A stretch of DNA of 64,000 nt from Macrostomum lignano. Its lineage: Eukaryota. Below the pieces are notes generated by a model. That model searched no databases. It had not been told where the DNA came from and was given only the letters and a program-made list of their open reading frames with translations. The DNA lies in contig NIVC01000042.1 in NCBI GenBank assembly GCA_002269645.1, positions 496,001 through 560,000 of the forward strand. Reading direction: 5' to 3'. Both the position numbers and the translations under genes were made by a program. Below, one piece after another: positions 60,381-64,000 of the stretch. Numbering within the stretch: position 1 is the first letter of the stretch; every line of letters begins with the position of its first letter.

Positions 60381-60455
60381 GACCCTCCTAGCCCATATTT
60401 TTTATGACCAATCCTGCTAGGATGACCTGACATTCCCTCAACCTCGCATGTACAG

Positions 60456-61532
60456 GTGTACGGCAGCGAGGTGCACAGTTCGCGTTATCAGGGCCGCTTC
60501 CTGGCCATCTGGAGCGTCGGCGTCTCCATCGGGACAGTGGGCTGCGGCCTGCTGGCGCACCTGACCAGAGACCACCAGCTGTACGTGCTGGTCTCCTGCT
60601 GCCTGGCGCCGGTCAACCTGCTGCTGGCGCTCTGGCTGCCGGAGAGTCCGGCCTGGCTGGCCGCCCGCGGCCGAGTGGACGAATCGCTGGCCGCCCTGAA
60701 ACGCGTCGACGTTATTAACGGTCGACGCCGATCAGGGGATGATCGACAACCATCGAGGACGCCGTCGTTGCTGCCGTCCAATCCGGCTTTGACAATGGCG
60801 ACAGGAAGCGGCGGCAGCGGCGGCGGCGGCAGCGGCTGGAACTGCCGACTTCTCCGACTGGCCTGCCTGCTGGGCTTCCACGGTGTGTGCCTCGGGATGA
60901 ACTGCTACGGCTTCTACTTTGTCATGAGCGGCGTCATACCGGATGTGTGTCTCTACGCTGTGCTGCTCGGCTCTACCCAGGTGCCCAGTTTCTTCCTGTT
61001 GAACCTGGTGCCTCGCCGGCCGGGCCTTCTGGCTTGCAGCGTCCTGTCCGGATTGGTCAGCGTTGGCTTCGGGGCCGCTGCTCACTTCCTGCCGCAGGGT
61101 TCGCTCGCTCGCGGCGGCTGGAGCAGCGCGTTGCTAGCCGGCCTGGGCGTCCTCGGCAGCTTTTGCTCCACGTCGGCTTTTAATCTGCTGGTGTCGGTCA
61201 GCGCGGAAAGTTATCCGATTCGCATCAGGAATACCGGGCTGGGTGTCTGCGTTTTCTGCCTCCGCTGCGGCTCCACATTGGCGCCGCTGATTAACTACCT
61301 GCCAGGAGCCCTGCTCCGCTCCATGGCGCTTGGCTGGCCTCTGCTGCTCTCCTCCCTGCCGCTTGGACTCGCTTTGAGCGGCAGCTGCGCTCGCCAATTC
61401 GGCTGTCGATTATTTGGTAACGATGAGGATAAAGATGAGTCTAGTAATAGTCAGAATGACTCCTCGGCGCCTATGGAGAAGATGGTTATCCCGGTTGGTC
61501 ATTCGCAGATTGAGTTTGAGGTGCGGGCTTGA
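60456..61532 (+). CDS. SLC22-like transporter exon 2 (to stop). Spliced protein about 555 aa
   Basis: VYGSEV...RYQG, LPESPAWLAARGR, SAESYPIRIRNTGLG, GSTLAP; multiple TM segments. Confidence 0.9.
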   Translation: MYGSEVHSSRYQGRFLAIWSVGVSIGTVGCGLLAHLTRDHQLYVLVSCCLAPVNLLLALWLPESPAWLAARGRVDESLAALKRVDVINGRRRSGDDRQPSRTPSLLPSNPALTMATGSGGSGGGGSGWNCRLLRLACLLGFHGVCLGMNCYGFYFVMSGVIPDVCLYAVLLGSTQVPSFFLLNLVPRRPGLLACSVLSGLVSVGFGAAAHFLPQGSLARGGWSSALLAGLGVLGSFCSTSAFNLLVSVSAESYPIRIRNTGLGVCVFCLRCGSTLAPLINYLPGALLRSMALGWPLLLSSLPLGLALSGSCARQFGCRLFGNDEDKDESSNSQNDSSAPMEKMVIPVGHSQIEFEVRA

Positions 61533-61621
61533 TTAACTATTGTCTATTGATGTATGCTGCTACCTTGTAGATCTGATTAGGTTATGTGTTTGTTTATTAT
61601 TTGTCTAGCACTGTCTGCCAC

Positions 61622-62650
61622 TGTTTCATTACCTGGTCCTAACAGTCTCATTACCTGGTCTAACAGTCTCATTACCTGGTCCTAACAGCCTCATTACCTG
61701 GTCTAACAGTCTCATTACCTGATCTAACAGTCTCATTACCTGGTCCTCGCAGTCTCATTACCTGGTCCTCGCAGTCTCATTACCTGGTCCTCGCAGTCTC
61801 ATTACCTGGTCCTCGCAGTCTCATTACCTGGTCCTCGCAGTCTCATTACCTGGTCCTCGCAGTCTCATTACCTGGTCCTCCCAGTCTCATTACCTGGTCC
61901 TCCCAGTCTCATTACCTGGTCTAACAGTCTCATTACCCGATCTAACAGTCTCATTACCTGATCTAACAGTCTCATTACCTGATCTAACAGTCTCATTACC
62001 TGGTCTAACAGTCTCATTACCTGGTCCTAACAGTCTCATTACCTGGTCCTAACAGTCTCATTACCTGGTCTAACAGTCTCATTACCTGGTCCTAACAGTC
62101 TCATTACCTGGTCCTAACAGTCTCATTACCTGATCTAACAGTCTCATTACCTGGTCCTCGCAGTCTCATTACCTGGTCCTCGCAGTCTCATTACCTGGTC
62201 CTAACAGTCTCATTACCTGATCTAACAGTCTCATTACCTGATCTAACAGTCTCATTACCTGATCTAACAGTCTCATTACCTGATCTAACAGTCTCATTAC
62301 CTGATCTAACAGTCTTATTACCTGATCTAACAGTCTCATTACCTGATCTAACAGTCTCATTACCTGGTCCTAACAGTCTCATTACCTGGTCCTAACAGTC
62401 TCATTACCTGATCTAACAGTCTCATTACCTGGTCCTAACAGTCTCATTACCTGGTCCTAACAGTCTCATTACCTGATCTAACAGTCTCATTACCTGGTCC
62501 TCGCAGTCTCATTACCTGATCCTCGCAGTCTCATTACCTGATCTAACAGTCTCATTACCTGGTCCTCGCAGTCTCATTACCGGGTCTAACAGTCTCATTA
62601 CCGGGTCTAACAGTCTCATTACCTGGTCCTAACAGTCTCATTACCTGGTT
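61622..62650. repeat. 21/22-bp minisatellite
   Basis: Units CTCATTACCTGATCTAACAGT and CTCATTACCTGGTCCT(AA/CG)CAGT. Confidence 0.96.
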
Positions 62651-63414
62651 TTAGACTTATTAAACCCAGACAATATAATTATACTTTAGGTCTTATCAAT
62701 TGACACTTACTAACTCGTACTGACACGTATTTTTGCCACGTGTGCGCATCTACTGCCGATATTAAGCCTTCATGCACTTTGCCAATAAACGCTTCTTTAT
62801 AAGCAAAGATAGGTAATGAAAACAGTTGAGACTGAGGCTTAGAGATGAAAGAAACATACGTTTTTTTGTCTGTATCAATTCTTATTGTTCTCATTTTCGC
62901 GGTTGAATAAGAACAGTTTTTTATCTACCTACAAAATTTTACAAGCGCATTTGCCTTTGAAATGTTTCGGTGCAACCCATTGTGTGCTGCCTGTCTACCG
63001 ATGTACACTTGAATAGCTGTGCGCGTACTGGGTCGTAGAAATGGAAAGACGCTACTGCACTGGCCGGCTTTTTCTCAGTTGTCCTTATGGTATTCAAGTT
63101 CATAGGAATGGAAAAACTAATTCCTCTGCCGAAACAAAATCGTCCAAAACCCGTTTTTAAAGTGACAGCGGAAAAATCTTTGAATGCATTGGCTCGCGGT
63201 CTGTCAGTTGGTCTGTGTCAACAGTGCAACAGATGCTACTAGCTGGCATCAAATTGATTGATGGCATATAACATAAATTTGACTTTCCTTCAATAGTTGA
63301 ACTGGCTTGGCTTCATGCATACGCCATGTCGTTTTGTTTACTTAACTTAGCTAAAAGTTTACAGATCACAGTGATTGCCAACTGTTTGACTTAGTTGATA
63401 GCATTGTTGGATTA

Positions 63415-64000
63415 TCCCCGGTCATAGAGGTTGGGTTCTCCGCGGTCATAGAGGTTGGGTTCTCCGCGGTCATAGAGGTTGGGTTCTCCCTGGTCATAGA
63501 GGTTGGGTTCTCCCGGTCATAGAGGTTGGGTTCTCCGCGGTCATTGAGGTTGGGTTCTCCGCGGTCATATAGGTAGGGTTCTCCCAGTCATAGAGGTAGG
63601 GTTCTCCCCGGTCATAGAGGTAGGGTTCTCCGCGGTCATAGAGGTTGGGTTCTCCCCGGTCATAGAGGTTGGGTTCTCCGCGGTCATAGAGGTTGGGTTC
63701 TCCGCGGTCATAGAGGTTGGGTTCTCCGCGGTCATAGAGGTTGGGTTCTCCGCGGTCATAGAGGTAGGGTTCTCCCCGGTCATAGAGGTAGGGTTCTCCC
63801 CGGTCATAGAGGTAGGGTTCTCCGCGGTCATAGAGGTTGGGTTCTCCCGGTCATAGAGGTTGGGTTCTCCCGGTCATAGAGGTTGGGTTCTCCCTGGTCA
63901 TAGAGGTTGGGTTCTCCCGGTCATAGAGGTTGGGTTCTCCCTGGTCATAGAGGTTGGGTTCTCCCGGTCATAGAGGTTGGGTTCTCCGCGGTCATAGAGG
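63415..64000. repeat. 24-bp minisatellite, runs off the window
   Basis: Unit GGTCATAGAGGTTGGGTTCTCC(GC/CT/C). Confidence 0.96.

Overview
Eukaryotic, intron-containing, very repeat-rich genomic DNA. GC-rich exons with Ala/Gly runs and minisatellite-filled introns resemble the flatworm Macrostomum; that attribution is inference. Bases 1-18314 form one head-to-tail chain of five minus-strand Helitron (rolling-circle transposon) units joined precisely CTAG|TC. The chain holds a spliced, apparently autonomous OTU-protease/Zn-finger/RepHel element running off the left edge, two long non-autonomous units (one carrying a ~5 kb 39-bp satellite) and two 350-bp minimal units. Bases 18.3-30.8 kb are TE-rich intergenic DNA: two tRNA-derived SINE families, a MITE with an 8-bp TSD, a 5'-truncated RTE LINE with TSD and a snap-back junction, a 1.1-kb foldback and a decayed DDE transposase. 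Bases 30.9-61.5 kb carry five co-oriented plus-strand genes: EXT2-like exostosin, a divergent beta-catenin-like gene, FUNDC-like, an amidase and an SLC22-like transporter. Every defined intron of these host genes contains a minisatellite or SINE fragment. Most long ORFs in the supplied track are artefacts of stop-free tandem repeats. Exon boundaries were inferred by eye from GT/AG sites and reading-frame continuity, and family assignments come from recalled motifs, not database searches.
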